This document shows positions 13,657 to 25,960 of a DNA stretch of 42,693 nucleotides, piece by piece; within the stretch, counting starts at the first letter, position 1, and every line of letters starts with the position of its first letter. Origin of the DNA: Moniliella sp. 'wahieum' (lineage: Eukaryota); NCBI GenBank assembly GCA_003971905.1, contig RSEE01000016.1:868001-910693 (forward strand). The letters are read 5' to 3'. The notes below the pieces were generated by a model. That model had not been told where the DNA came from. It did not search any database and saw only the letters and a program-made list of their open reading frames with translations. Position numbers and translations under genes: made by a program.

Positions 13657-14770
13657 TCAGCTGAGCAGGGCGGAGGGGGGACGAGTGATGCCTGAGCCCA
13701 AGGCGCGAAGCGAAGGATGGCCGACCCAAAGGTTCAACAAGCTTGCTAGTTCTGTCCGCAACAAAGCAAATAGCTCTCTTGGTCCTTCTTCTTCCCGTGC
13801 CGAGACCCACGCACCAGGCCAGATATCTGACGCAGATGGCACAGCCGCACTTGGCGCCGAGGCGAACATGGCCATACGACGCTGCATTGGGGCGGGTACA
13901 GGGGTGGTCGAGCGCATGCTCACCCCTGCCACGGCGAGTGTGACGAGAGTGTGGGTAGATGTGCTGGGGCGCAGGGGAACTACCTTCGGAACGGTTTGCG
14001 CACGGGGTAAAAAGTAGGCGCCGACTCAAAGTTGAACATGTGTGCACCACTGATGGGGGAGCTGAGCCAGAGCTGACGCAATGCATCCTGTTTCTTTAGC
14101 AGGTATTCGCCGTGCGATCCGAGGCCAAGGGTAACCATTCCCGACTGCGAGGGGCGAGAGAGCACAAGCCACGATCAGCACAACCATATTCACCGCCAAC
14201 AGGACCAGAAAAAAAGCAATGAGGGTATACTCACAGTCCCAACAACGTCCCAGTCCTCCTCGCCGTGCGAGTGGGCACGGTCTGCAGCGATGGGGCATCA
14301 TCCACAGACTCCAACAGGTCCTCCAGCTGCGTCGTGATGGCCGACAAGGTCTGGTCGGCGCATTGGTGGTATTCAACAGGCGAGAGACTGCTGTGTCCAA
14401 GCCGAGGGTGAGAGAGAGTGACGCTTGAGTCGGACGCCAAGGGCCTGAACAGACTGCTGGGCGACAGGGTGCGGGAACACGAGGCGTCGGATGCCGTGCC
14501 AGGGGGCAGGACAATACCAGGAAGAACATGGGCGTGGCGCCGGCTGCTGCGGCGCGGGCGCTGGAACGAAGCGGGAAGGTCTTCGTGGAGGGAGGTGCGC
14601 GAACCAGCGCACGAGCCGCACGACGAGCAGGACGAGCCACAGCCGGCGACGCGGTGGGTGTGCGAGTGGGCATGGGCGGCACCAGCGGTGGTGGAGAGGG
14701 CGCGGACAGCAAGGCGTGGAAGCCGAGGAAGCGACCGCTCCAACGATACGCAGGGACGGACAATCGACAT
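13657..14770 (-). CDS. YFH1: Frataxin (Yfh1/CyaY family), atypical; intron 14145-14234, two apparent frameshifts
   Basis: Mitochondrial-presequence-like start MSIVRPCVSLERSLPRLPRLAVRALST. Helix 1 LSPVEYHQCADQTLSAITTQLEDLLE. EEDWDVVGT|SGMVTLGLGSHGEYLLKKQDALRQLWLSSPISGAHMF spans a GTGAGT...GCTGAT...CAG intron. C-terminal WVSARE...ELFALLRTELASLL. Confidence 0.88.
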
Positions 14771-17395
14771 GGCGGGGACCAAGCAGAAGGGGGGGAAAGA
14801 GGGGGCAGGCGCGCAGGAGGTGACTGCAGAGGCAAAATATTTATAGCACTTTGCTTGGCGGCGGATCAGCTTGACCAGCGGCTCAGCCATCATGCATCAG
14901 GCCTAGGCACCGGTCATCGATCGTTCGATGGTTGGACCCTCACCATGCGCACCCGTGCTTCGGGAGCAGCCCAAGCAGCGAGCAGCGGCTGCCTCGGCGG
15001 ATGGGATGGGCTGATTGGCGCAAGGGAGCCCAGTTGACAATCGCAGGGCCCAGGAATCATGCCCAATTCGGGATGCATGATGCGTGTGGCACTGGTTTTT
15101 CTCAATTGCCGCGTGGCGCTTAAATGAGTGGCCGCTCGCCAGTGTGCAGACGGGCCGGCACCCCAACCACACCACACTGGCCCAGAGCCAAAGGGCGTTG
15201 GGATGGCCCGCATCCGCCACACAGCCCCCGCGCCCGGCACGCATCGCCTAAAATGGGCCGACATGGCAACCCTACTGCCCCCTGCCCCTGTCATGGACAT
15301 CCGCTCCCCCCTGAGCCTGAGGCCTGACCGGCTGACCAAAGCGGACTCTGAATCTGGCCAAACCCTAAGGCTTTCTTATTAGGTGGCACCGAATACTGAG
15401 TACTGACATGTGGCAGACGTCCATCTCAGCCGCGGAAGCTGCTGAGGCTCAGCTCACATCGAGAGGCAAGCGCCAGTCCCAACAGCTCTGCAGCCATTCT
15501 TTTCACACTGCTTCCAGTTTCCCCCTTCCTTCGCTCCTTTTGTCTCTGATCCTAGGGCCCACAAATCAATACAGACCATCGCCTTCCCTTCCATCACCCC
15601 GGCAAAAAAGTCATACAGGATGCAGGACCAGAGCTAACCCGCGGGCAACGCACCATGTCCAGGCGAAGGCTCAGCCAAAATTCAACAATTGCAACATTCA
15701 CGTTCAACGATCAACACGTGTGGGCCCAGGCCAACGTTCAACAGGCAACAGATTGAAGTCGTCAACAAAAGGGGGAGCGGGTGGGAAGCGACCCTGGCGG
15801 AACAGAGAGAGAATGGGGTCGTCTTGCCCTCGCATCCAAGCTGCGTTGCACATCCAAGTGGTGCCCCCGTAAATGTAACGGGGGGGTTCATTCCTTGAGA
15901 TTTTTTTTTACCGCGGGAGCACCAGGACCTGCTGTAGTTTTTGCCTCCTTTTTATGCGATTCGACGACCAGTGGTAAAGCTGGAGTCGAAGACATCCAAG
16001 GAAGGAGAAAATTGGTTTGCAGGTGTTTCGTACATCAAGGCCTTCTCTCCCTCTGCACAGAGTTGGACGGAGCTTTTGGGTTGATTTTTCTATGGCGATT
16101 TGCCTTCTTCCCTGCCCCTAGCGGGGACATAAATATAACAGTACGACTATAGAGACCTGGCGCTTTTCAGATCCAAAGCCAGTTACTAACACTACACTGC
16201 CGTCAACGTCAAACCTTCTGGAGTAGACCTTGCTAGTCGTAGGGCAGAACTGCACGCATACAAAACCACGTAAAATGTGTTGAGTTGTGCTCGTTAGGGG
16301 TCAGTTGGGAAGGCGGAGGGGCGCCAATGGATAAGGGGGACAGACAAGCTAATCTAAGGGTAAAATTCTGTACTCTATAGAGGGCGTTTAGATCAAGAGG
16401 AAAAAGGAGGAAAGGAAATGGGCAAGGAAATGATGACCGGGTTAGCCATCTCATGAATAATTGGGATCGAAATAGGGGATAGATGTGTTATAGTATACTA
16501 TGCCAAGTGCACACGGGGAGCCATAAGGGGTTTCAGGAGAATAGACGATTGAGGTTAGCAGGTTGGACGATACAAAAGCAAGCGGGTGGAGAACGACGGA
16601 AACACAATGGATCTAGCACAGGAACAAAGGGGGGAGGAGCGGGAATGTCTCCGCCTGTTGGAACGCGAGGGGATGACTAAGAACATCGTAGTGGTCAGTT
16701 GGTCAGCTGGATAAGATATGAAGCACACGGAGCGCGGCGTAAAGGAAAGCGACAAATAACTGGGCAGAGAGTAGGGGGGATATATGAAGCAATACAAAAA
16801 GAGTTGGGGCAACACACGTTACGTTAGTAATAGTAGGCCAGTGAGGTTGAGGGAAACTTGCTCTTTTGGTTGATGGTCATCCCACCCATCAGGGCACCCC
16901 CTGATGTGGCAAAGATACACGATACACTTGTACTAAATGCTGTCTGTACATCCATTAACCCACCCACAGCCGTCAAATCCATGCATCCCACAGGCTCATT
17001 TGTACTCCTCCATCCTTCATCAAAACGCTTCAGCCTCATTGATCCTCGTCAGTGCTACCTGTCGGTAGGCAATCTCGCTAATACAAGAAGTTGATCTCCG
17101 CCCCAAACTTACCCCCGTCCGTTTTAAATTCCACAGTCAGTGACCGTTAACGGCCCGCCGAGTCTCCACCTCCATCCTACACTTCAAGACCTCCCAGATC
17201 TATAGTGGGGTCCATTGTGCATTTATTTGGACACATCTTCACTGTCTCTCTGATGCAAACATAATGACTCACGTCTAGCAAAACGTTCTAGCGTGCCGAA
17301 TGAGGACGCACCTGGAGGCGATGGTACAAAAGGCGATCCGCAGCTGGCATTGCCAAATATAGCCTACGCCACCCTTCAATCGACACGCCCCGGCT

Positions 17396-17913
17396 ATGGG
17401 CACAGAAGCCACGGTAATACTGCAGGCCCGGAACCTGCATGTGCTGGGCGCCACGAAGCCGGACGTCATTGGTTGGGGGCGTGTGTGCAACGGGTTTATC
17501 TACAATCGCGACCGCCGTTGCATCGTGTTGACAGCAAGACCTACACGCTGTGGGCCACACTATGTGAAGTATGAGCTCCACGGCCGTGGGCTTTCCCTGG
17601 AGCACATTCAGGCCATCATGAAGCAACTCGGTTTCTCCTTCTCGCCTCCCTTCATGACGGATAACCAGGGCTACATCCATGGCAACCTCACTGTAGAGAA
17701 CGTTCAGCTGCATGGCTAATCGAAATTCTTGTGCACAATCTTGCACAGCCTTGCCCACCTTGAATTTTGTACGTAGTCCTCACATATCTATCCGCAACCT
17801 TGTTACCAGCGTTTTCGATTAGCTATGTGGATAGTACCGCCGCAGCTCTCTCCGACGGCCCGAATCTATCCAAGAACGGCGAGCTGGTTCTCCATTCCTC
17901 TGCTCGCCGATGA
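17396..17913 (+). pseudogene. Decayed protein-kinase (CMGC, CLK/DYRK-like) fragment interrupted by a MITE
   Basis: GFIYNRDRRCIVL...GLSLEHIQAIMKQL...QGYIHGNLTVENVQL, then after removing the 117-bp insert and one TSD: DSTAAALSDGP. This resembles kinase subdomains IV-VII with HRD changed to HGN and DFG to DGP. Confidence 0.5.
17711..17827. mobile_element. 117-bp MITE-like element, copy 1 (15-bp TIR, 2-bp TSD TG)
   Basis: Starts CATGGCTAATCGAAA and ends TTTCGATTAGCTATG (inverted repeat, one mismatch). TG flanks both sides (17709-17710, 17828-17829). A closely similar copy lies at 39585-39701. Confidence 0.85.
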
Positions 17914-18817
17914 TCCATGTGATGAAGGACGGGGGCGAGCCACGCCCGCATCCGCCCTAGCACAGCACCAGGCCGAGTGTGTTTCCCAAGACCTGCCGTC
18001 CACCCGATGTCACAGTCGGGGCTCAGGCAAGGGAGACCAGAATCGAGATTAGGTCAAAGGATGTAGCAATCGTTCGTGGGGAAGAAGCAAGAGCAGAGGA
18101 CATGGTGCGAAGTGGACGGAACGGGGAAAGAGCGAGACGCTCGGGGCGAAGAAATTGGAAATGGGAGCGAAGAGATCGGCCAAAGTATGATACCCGAGGC
18201 GCTGCTTTTTTCGCGATTCACCAAGCGCGGTCCACTGGCAGGCACGAACATGCCGCGAGTCGACCCTTCGGACCTCAAAGAGATTGCGCCTTCCGGTGTA
18301 AAACTCCGAATGGCCCCTTCCCTGGGGGAGCGGTCCGCGCGGGACACCAGGTCATAGCTGGCGGTAGTTCCTCCGTTGGCGCGTTGAACGTTGAGACGAC
18401 ACTGGCCGCACCGACAACAGTCCAACACGAAGCTCCCACCACAGCCTCTCTCTCATCCGGCCTTAAGACCTAAAGCCTATACTATGAAGGCCGAACGCCT
18501 AACGCCTAAGTCCTAACGCCTAAGACGTACTTCCGGAGCCGGCGGGTGCGGTCAGTATCAGTGGGTGATATTAGGAGTAGAAGCGCGTGTTTGACTCGCT
18601 GACAAAAACTCCGGCCCGGTCTCGGACGTGGCTCGGCCATCGGAGGTAAGCGAACGGCAGCACCACGTTGCTATCAGATTCCCGCCATCACGCGTCACAC
18701 GTCACAAAAAGTGCTGCAGCTTCATAAGAAGCCAAGCACCGGCGACACGAGCACCACCGCCAGAAACCCACCGCCTCCATCTCCCTCTTTCCCTCCGCCC
18801 GCCCAGCCGTTGCCGCC

Positions 18818-19915
18818 ATGCTGCGCAAAATGTTCTCCACCGTTGGCCTGCCAGGCAGCGTCTCTCCCGAGGCGCAGCTCGACGCATTGGGCGTGCCGTG
18901 CGCCGCATGTGGAGCGTGCGATGCGCCGCTCGAGGGTCTCGCTGCCGAGCCTAGTTTCCTCCGCGCGTGGAAAGGCCAGGACATCGACACCCCACCCCGT
19001 CTTGGGCGCGACCAAGCCGTTTCTGCGCCAGGCCATCATCAGCTCTGGCCGCACCGACTGGCCCGCGACATTGCCTCGGTTGAGGGCAGTGTGGCGCAGC
19101 TGCTGGAGAAGAGCGTGGAGCGCTATCCGCCTGCTTCTGCCTCTGCCAAGGGCGGCATTTGGACTTCCGCTGCCGACGGCCGCTCCGATCCCGGCGGTGC
19201 CACCCGCTTGCTCGTTCAGAACGGCTCCTTCCATTCGGCTGCAGGCGAAGGGCAGGAGTCCGCACTGGTCTTCCCAGACTGGGTCATGCTCTCTCCCTTG
19301 CCCACAGGCCAGCAAGCCCAAGCCAAGATCGATGCCGTGTACCAATCCCTCCTCCTGCCGCCCCAGCCTGTGCACCGGAGCGGGGTCGGAGCAGTGAAGC
19401 GTAGTGTCCTTCCCTATTCTGCCGTCATTATGGTGTGCTCGCATCGCAAGCGCGATGCTCGTTGCCATCTTTCCGCAGCGCCGCTGAAGGACAGGTTTTG
19501 CCGCGCGGCCCACCAGAGCGGGTGGGAGGTGGATGAACGCGGAGATGAGTTGCCTACGCCCGACTGCACTACGTGGGACTTGCCACGCGACGAGGAGGGC
19601 GCGAAAGAGACCGAGCTGCGCTTGCGCAAGCAGGCGTCTCAACACAAGGTCCTTGGCCTCTTCTCCATCTCCCACATTGGCGGCCACAAGTTCGCGGGAA
19701 ACGTCATTATTTATTTCCCAAACGGTGCTGGTATCTGGTATGGCCGCATCGACCCGTCCAAGCCAGGGGAGGTGGAGCGGGTATGGCACGAAACGGTGCT
19801 GGAGGGAAGGTGCTCGCCAGCCACCTCCGAGCAGGGATCAATCTCCAGAGCCCGGGCGGCAGCGAGGCGGTGTCAGGGTCGCGGGAGGAGTTGCGGGTGG
19901 GTGTCCGCGTGGTAG
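18818..19915 (+). CDS. APD1: Sucrase/ferredoxin-like thioredoxin-fold [2Fe-2S] protein (Apd1/Aim32 family, more Apd1-like); indels likely near both ends
   Basis: VCSHRKRDARC and ISHIGGHKFAGNVIIYFPNGAGIWYGRI carry the C-x8-C and HxGGH ligand motifs. N-terminal CAACGACD. Confidence 0.88.
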   Translation: MLRKMFSTVGLPGSVSPEAQLDALGVPCAACGACDAPLEGLAAEPSFLRAWKGQDIDTPPRLGRDQAVSAPGHHQLWPHRLARDIASVEGSVAQLLEKSVERYPPASASAKGGIWTSAADGRSDPGGATRLLVQNGSFHSAAGEGQESALVFPDWVMLSPLPTGQQAQAKIDAVYQSLLLPPQPVHRSGVGAVKRSVLPYSAVIMVCSHRKRDARCHLSAAPLKDRFCRAAHQSGWEVDERGDELPTPDCTTWDLPRDEEGAKETELRLRKQASQHKVLGLFSISHIGGHKFAGNVIIYFPNGAGIWYGRIDPSKPGEVERVWHETVLEGRCSPATSEQGSISRARAAARRCQGRGRSCGWVSAW

Positions 19916-20325
19916 TGATGTTCGCCGTCCCACGAGGAGAAAAGGAACGGATGAGGTTGGGGAACGACTGCAGTGGTGTGCTTTCTGGTAGCGGTGCTGG
20001 AACAGATAGGGATGCAGCTGGGGTGGCTGGGGTTGGGGCGTGGGGCGGGGGGGCGGATGCGTCTCGCTGCATATATAGATGGCGCGCGAGGCAAAGACGG
20101 GGACAGAAGTCGCAAAGTGGTAAGCGAGTTGCCAGTAGCGGTGGCGGTGGCGGTGGCGGTGGCGGTGGCGGTGATGGCGATGACCTCAATGAATCATCGA
20201 TGAGGACAGAAGATCGTTGATCGCTGAAGCCACCGATCGATAATCTCGACAATCAATAACCAGTGGATTTCCGCGTCATTTTTAATCCCACCACCGCCAC
20301 CACCATCTCCCACGACCGACGACCC

Positions 20326-23300
20326 ATGTCCAGTCGACGTCTCCGGCACGTTGCTGGTGGCCGGCCAGCGCTCTCTGCGTTGCCAGAGGATGCGATTGAT
20401 GAGCGCCCACGCACCCTCGCTGTCGGCGACCATCTTGCCCAGCGCACCGTTGCGCGTTTCCTCCGCCGCACCCGCCCCCGCGTCGAGGAGGAGCAATTTC
20501 TCCACTCGCCCACCCTCTCCGCCCAGGTGGAAGACGCACTGCCCACTTCCACCACCGTTCCCAGCGACGACGATGCCGACGCCGACGCCGAAGCGCTCCC
20601 GCCAGCTAAGGCCGCTCAGGGCGACACGCCGCACGAGCGGCTAGAATGGCAGACCATGTTCCAAAGCGCGTTGCGGAGCGAGGTGCTGCGGTCCGAAACC
20701 AAGCGCATCATTTCGGTCGACTCACCCGAGGAGACCAAGACAGGAGCATGTTCCAGCGATGGATCGAACTCCGAGCCTACCTTCGCACCGGCAGCCACCC
20801 CCGCCCTCGCCCACCCTCATGGTGCGCGAGGGCCAGCTGCTCCATCGCGGTTGGCCCAAGCTATTGGACGAGCTGATTGACGCTGTGCTCGCTTTCCATC
20901 TCGAATATCGCGAGGACGGTCACGAAGAAGCGTTGCCTCTGTGGGCCAGCTGCTTAACCAGGTGGACCAGGTGGAGCAGCAATTCCCCTCGGCCGCAAGA
21001 TGGTTGAGGTTGCCCCGCTGGGGCACGCCAGAGATCCAGGACCGACTCGCAGCACTTTACAGCTGGTACAACTGCTTCAATTTGATTCGCGTCCAGCTTT
21101 CGGTGCTGCGCCGCTGGACCGGGTCGGAAACATTGGAGGTGCAGGTCCCCATGCCGCCGGCGCTTGGCCCGGGGGAGGGGGCGCCCGTGCCCGCCCGCGC
21201 CCGGCCCACGCGACCCGACGGAAAGAACAGGAGGAGCCATTTGTAGAACGTCTGTTGAAAGACAAGGTTCTGAACCAGGCGTTCGAGAAGCGCACGCTCC
21301 CGCTACCTCAACATCATGCTCACCAAGGCCCGGGATGCCCTGCTGGATCAACACCAGCAGTACCGCGAGATTGGCCTGCCCTCGTACCAATCCCATATCA
21401 TGCAACTGGCCACCTTCCCCGTTGCCCTGATGGAAGGAGTGCTGAAGGTGCGGCTGTCGTACGAGTTGACACTGCGGCAACAACCCCCGAGTCTGATCAT
21501 CATTGACTCGTTCATCCTTGATGTGCGGTCGGCGCTGGCGCTAGCGTGCAAGATCAAGGACGAGTATGCCCTCTTTCTCCACCCGGATTGCGAGCGAGGC
21601 TGGGATCCCAGCGAGGCGGTCGCACCTGGTGGGGACTCTTTCGACCAAGTGCTAAGGGAAGCGTTGGTGCTCTTCTTTAATCTGCTGGACCGTAAACTCA
21701 AGGTATCTGCCTTCTTCAAAGAGACTGAGATCCTTGAGCCCGAATGGCTCTTCCTCTCCACTGCCGCTGCCTCCATCAAGGGCGGAGACATTATCGTGGC
21801 CAATCGAATCACACGCGTGGTGACCCAGGTATGTTTCGGTTTGCTTTCTTTTTGGAGACAATCGACTAACCTTCTCTCCAGCTCTTTACCCGGATTGAGC
21901 AGTACTTTCGTCGGGAGATTGACGTGCCCATCCTGCGGAGCGAGGCACACCCACGCAAGGGTCCCGCACTCGAGGAAGGGATAGGACCATCCGCCGTCCC
22001 ACCACATTTGGTGGATTGACAACCGGCCATTTGCTGATGAACCTCCGCGAGGCCGAGTCGTGGATTCGTGCTGTGGCGGAGAATGTGCGGATCCGGTCGC
22101 GTCGGCTCCTGGCCTTTTCCCGGGACATCCGTGCCCGCCTGGACAATGCAGCAGAGTATGATTTGGCTTCGCTCCCGCCCGCGAAGCGGGGCGGGTTCCT
22201 GCGCACCCTCCAGGACGCAGGCTTTTTCCTCGTCCATTCCCACTACCTTCCGAACGGGGGATCTATGTCTGGCTTTGCCTTCGCTGCACGACCAGCCCGA
22301 CTTGGTACTTGATCTGTTGACCAAGTGCTTGCGCTCCTTCGACCCGCCCAGGAACGCGAACCCTACCCAGTACCATCGCTTTGACCACTAAACGTCTGGG
22401 GCGAGGATGCGTTGACCCAATTGAGGATCTGCGACCCCAGCGATGGGATGAGGGTAGGTGGTGTGTCCCTCACCCTCGGGAGCGAGCTGCGACCGATTCT
22501 CGTGCGGGTTTAGAGGACGTGCGGCGGGCGCAACAGGCCCGCCTGGCACAGCGGACAGCCCGTGTCGGTACTTGCTACTGCTTTCTCTGCGTGACGACTT
22601 TCTCTGGACCGGGAAGTGAAGATGCCCCTGGACATTCCCGAGGTGGACATTCAGATGCATGCCAGCCGGATCCGCCTGGTGGCCGATGGTTCGCGCGCCG
22701 AACTGCAGCGCTGCAAGGACCACCTCTACGACATTTTTGCCCGTGCACAGGGTGAAACTGAAGGAGCGTCTGCCACGTCCTCCGTCGCGGTGGCCAATGC
22801 GCACCGCGCCGCCTTCCCCTTGAGACTGTGGCAGAGTACATGGCCCACATTCATTCGGTCCAGAAAGAGGTGGCAAAGATCAACCAGGGTATCTACAAGT
22901 TGGCGGCGGCGATCATCACGGAGGTGCCCAAACACGCGGAAACGCCTCCATTTCCAGCACTACGACCCCACGGTCAAGAGCACTGGCAAAGGTGGGGATG
23001 TGGACGAGTTGATTCAAAACTGCTATCAGATTGCGTCGGAACATGCACTGCGCTCTTTGCCCTTTATTGTCTCGGCCAAGGTGCGGGCCGAGATGACAGT
23101 GGCGATTGGGCACCTGTCCATTGACTGGATCTCGTTCATCACCGACGATTGTGTGCCGACCGATCGGAGGACGTTCAAGTGGGGCCGTCACGGCGCTGGA
23201 GCATGCCTCCATCTCGACCAATGGTGAAAACATCCTGAAACTCGAAGGGAGCGAATACGCCTTGTTGCAAAACAAGGTGGGCATCTGCATCGCCTCTTGA

Positions 23301-25062
23301 TCTCCCACTTTGATATCCTGGGTGCTCGGTCGAGCATGGCTGCCAAGGCGCGGGAAGCGGCGCAAAAATTGGAACTGGAGCAAATGGAGCGTAAGAAGGT
23401 CGAGGCTGCGAAGGAATTGAGGTGGAAGAGGTGCGAAGGGATGCCGCCGACCAACCGTCCGAGGCCGCTGTGGCGGCGATCCTGCTCAATGCTCAGCAAC
23501 CAGAGCGGGAGGAAGAGCGGATGCGTGCACTCAATGCCCTCGAGGAGTCCAAGGAAGAATATTGCGTGAGCTGCAGTTCCGCGGGCGCGTGCTGGACGAT
23601 TCCCGAATCGAAGACCGCGGGCTGCAGGCGCTTGCGCAGTCGTCGGCGCGTTCCATTGGCAGGTGGGCCAGGTTGTGGGTCAGGCACGTTCGGAACGGTG
23701 TACTCGGCACTGGATCTGGATACGGGTCACATGATGGCCGTGAAGGAGATCAAGTTCCAGGACATTGCGTCGCAACCCGGCCTTTTTCCAGCAGATCAAG
23801 GACGAGATGACGGTCATGCAGCTGCTGGACAACATCAATGTCGTCCAGTACTATGGAATTGAGGTTCACCGCGACAAGGTGTACATCTTTGAAGAGTACT
23901 GCGAGGGCGGATCCCTTGCCCACCTGCTCGAGAGGGCCCGATCAACGATGAGCGCGATGATGCAGTTTTACGCGTTGCAGATGCTCGACGGGCTTAGCTA
24001 CTTGCACGGCATGGGGATTGTGCACCGCGACATTAAGCCTGAAAGTAAGCTGTTTTTCCCGGCCCTGGGTGTGTGCTTTGCGGGATGCAGCGGCTGAACT
24101 AACCAATGCTTGTTTGACATAGATATCCTGATGGATCCGTATGGAGTGATCAAGTATGTTGACTTTGGCGCGGCCAAGATTCTGGCCAACAACCCCCGCA
24201 CCATCTTGCAGTCGGGGCGGGGAAGACGATGCGGTCGTTGCGCAACTTGGATGGAAAGAAGGCGATGAAATCGCTGCAGGTACGCCGATGTACATGTCGC
24301 CCGAGTCGATCAACCCGGAGCTGATGCGCGGAGTCGACAAGAGCAAAAGGGCGCGATGGACATTTGGAGTGTCGGGTGTGTGTGGTGCTGGAATGCGTGA
24401 CGGGGGAGCGGCCCTGGAAGCTGGACAACGAGGGGCGATCATGTACCACATTGGGCTGGCCAAGGAGCATCCGCCTCTGCCCGACCCGTCGCAGCTGTCA
24501 GCCGATGGAATCGACTTTATCGCGCGCTGCCTGACCATCGACCCGAACGAGCGTCCGACGGCGGAAGAACTGCGTGCGCACCCGTGGATCTTGTCGTTCA
24601 TTGAGGACAATGCACGCGAGGCCGCGCTGGAGGAGATGGAGAGCACGCGTATCTTGCCACGCCGTCGCAGTCGGAGTACTCGGAAGGCACCTCTCCCTGG
24701 CCGGCGCTGACGCCGGGGTTGACGCCGGGCTCGAGCCACGGCTGCGCCATGGATCCATTTCCAGCGAGTCGGCAGCCGTGCCGGAAGGGCCGACGACCCC
24801 AGGACTAAGCAGCTTGCGCCGGCCGCAGCTGTCCCCTCGGCCCTTCTCCCGCCGTTCTATCCCCACTTTGGGACAAGGTCAGGCGTCGCCGGGCGTTGGT
24901 ATCGCCTCGTCTCACGCAGGGGCGCTGCCGGAGTCGGACCCATCGGGGCCTCGTCGCCAGCGCGAGTGGAGGAGGAGGCGGCGGCGGAGGGCGGCGGCGG
25001 ACGAGGAGGAGGAAGGGGAGGACGAGGGGGAGGGAGAACGGAAGAGGGGGCGGGACGGCGTA
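20326..25062 (+). CDS. SSK2: Ssk2/Wis4-type MAP kinase kinase kinase (HOG pathway); introns 21829-21881 and 24045-24122, many frameshifts, 3' end approximate
   Basis: N-terminal ERLEWQTMFQSALRSEVLRSETKRI and WISFITDDCVPTDRRTFKW. Kinase motifs GSGTFGTVY, MAVKEIKFQD, NVVQYYGIEVHRDKVYIFEEYCEGGSL, HRDIKPE|NIL, YVDFGAAK, GTPMYMSPE and DPNERPTAEELRAHPWI. Confidence 0.93.
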
Positions 25063-25834
25063 AGGAGGGTTGGTGTTGGGGCGTCTGGGCTACTACTACT
25101 TTTGTGTCTGCAACCTGTAAAGTATCTGTGTTGCTCATCGGCGGCTGTTCTGTGTGGATGTCATGTATGGTAGCGTCCGTCCCGACGGGAGCAGCGCGTG
25201 CGGTTGCTGGGTTCGCCGAGGGCGGCGCTTGGTCTGTGTTTGTCCGGACAGGCACGCACTGCTGCCTCGACCACGCCGACGCCGACATGACCAATGTCGA
25301 TGACGTGTCATATCACACAACAACACTGTGAGGGCAGCGGCCCATCCGCTGTCGATCGATCTGACCACGCGCCGGCCTGAGCATATAGGTGTTTTGAGTA
25401 GAGGCTTAACCAAGAGATCCCGCGTCTCCGATTCCAGCGCGATGGCTGTTCACGTCAGCGGATGCTGTCCTTAAAGTCCTTCTAGGGAGAGAAGGGAAAA
25501 AGGCAAGCTGCGGTTAGCCCAATGCACGCAGATGCCGTAGGGGAGAGCACACCACCGCGCATGGACAAGCGGATCGTAGGATCAGCGGCCATGGGGATGG
25601 TGATGGAGCTGCTGATGTCGACCGTGAGTACTGAGTGTGGTCAGATTCAGATCGGCGGCGGGGTGAGTGGGGCTGAATCATTAATCATCTATCGATCATC
25701 GATCATCCTCGTATCCTTATCGAGCATGCTAGGGTTGTCGCTGGCGTCGCCGGCAACTCAGATCCCTCTTAAGGTTCAAATGTACTAACCCAGCCGAGTC
25801 CGCCCGCCAGGATGCGCCACTACAGTCACTACCC

Positions 25835-25960
25835 GCCACCGCCACCGCTACCACCACCGCCACCACCACCACCACCTTCACCACCACCACCTTCACCACC
25901 ACCACCACCTTCACCACCACCACCTTCACCACCACCACCACCTTCACCACCACCACCGCC
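25835..25960 (+). repeat. (CCA/CCG/TCA)n trinucleotide microsatellite just upstream of PP2A
   Basis: About 125 bp of ccaccaccaccttcacca-type repeats, directly visible. Confidence 0.9.

Noticed and set aside
17711..17827. The 117-bp element as an introner, snRNA, snoRNA or tRNA
   Set aside because: No GT/GC-AG ends on either strand and no recognisable Sm, C/D, H/ACA or cloverleaf signature. TIRs with TSDs fit a MITE better.
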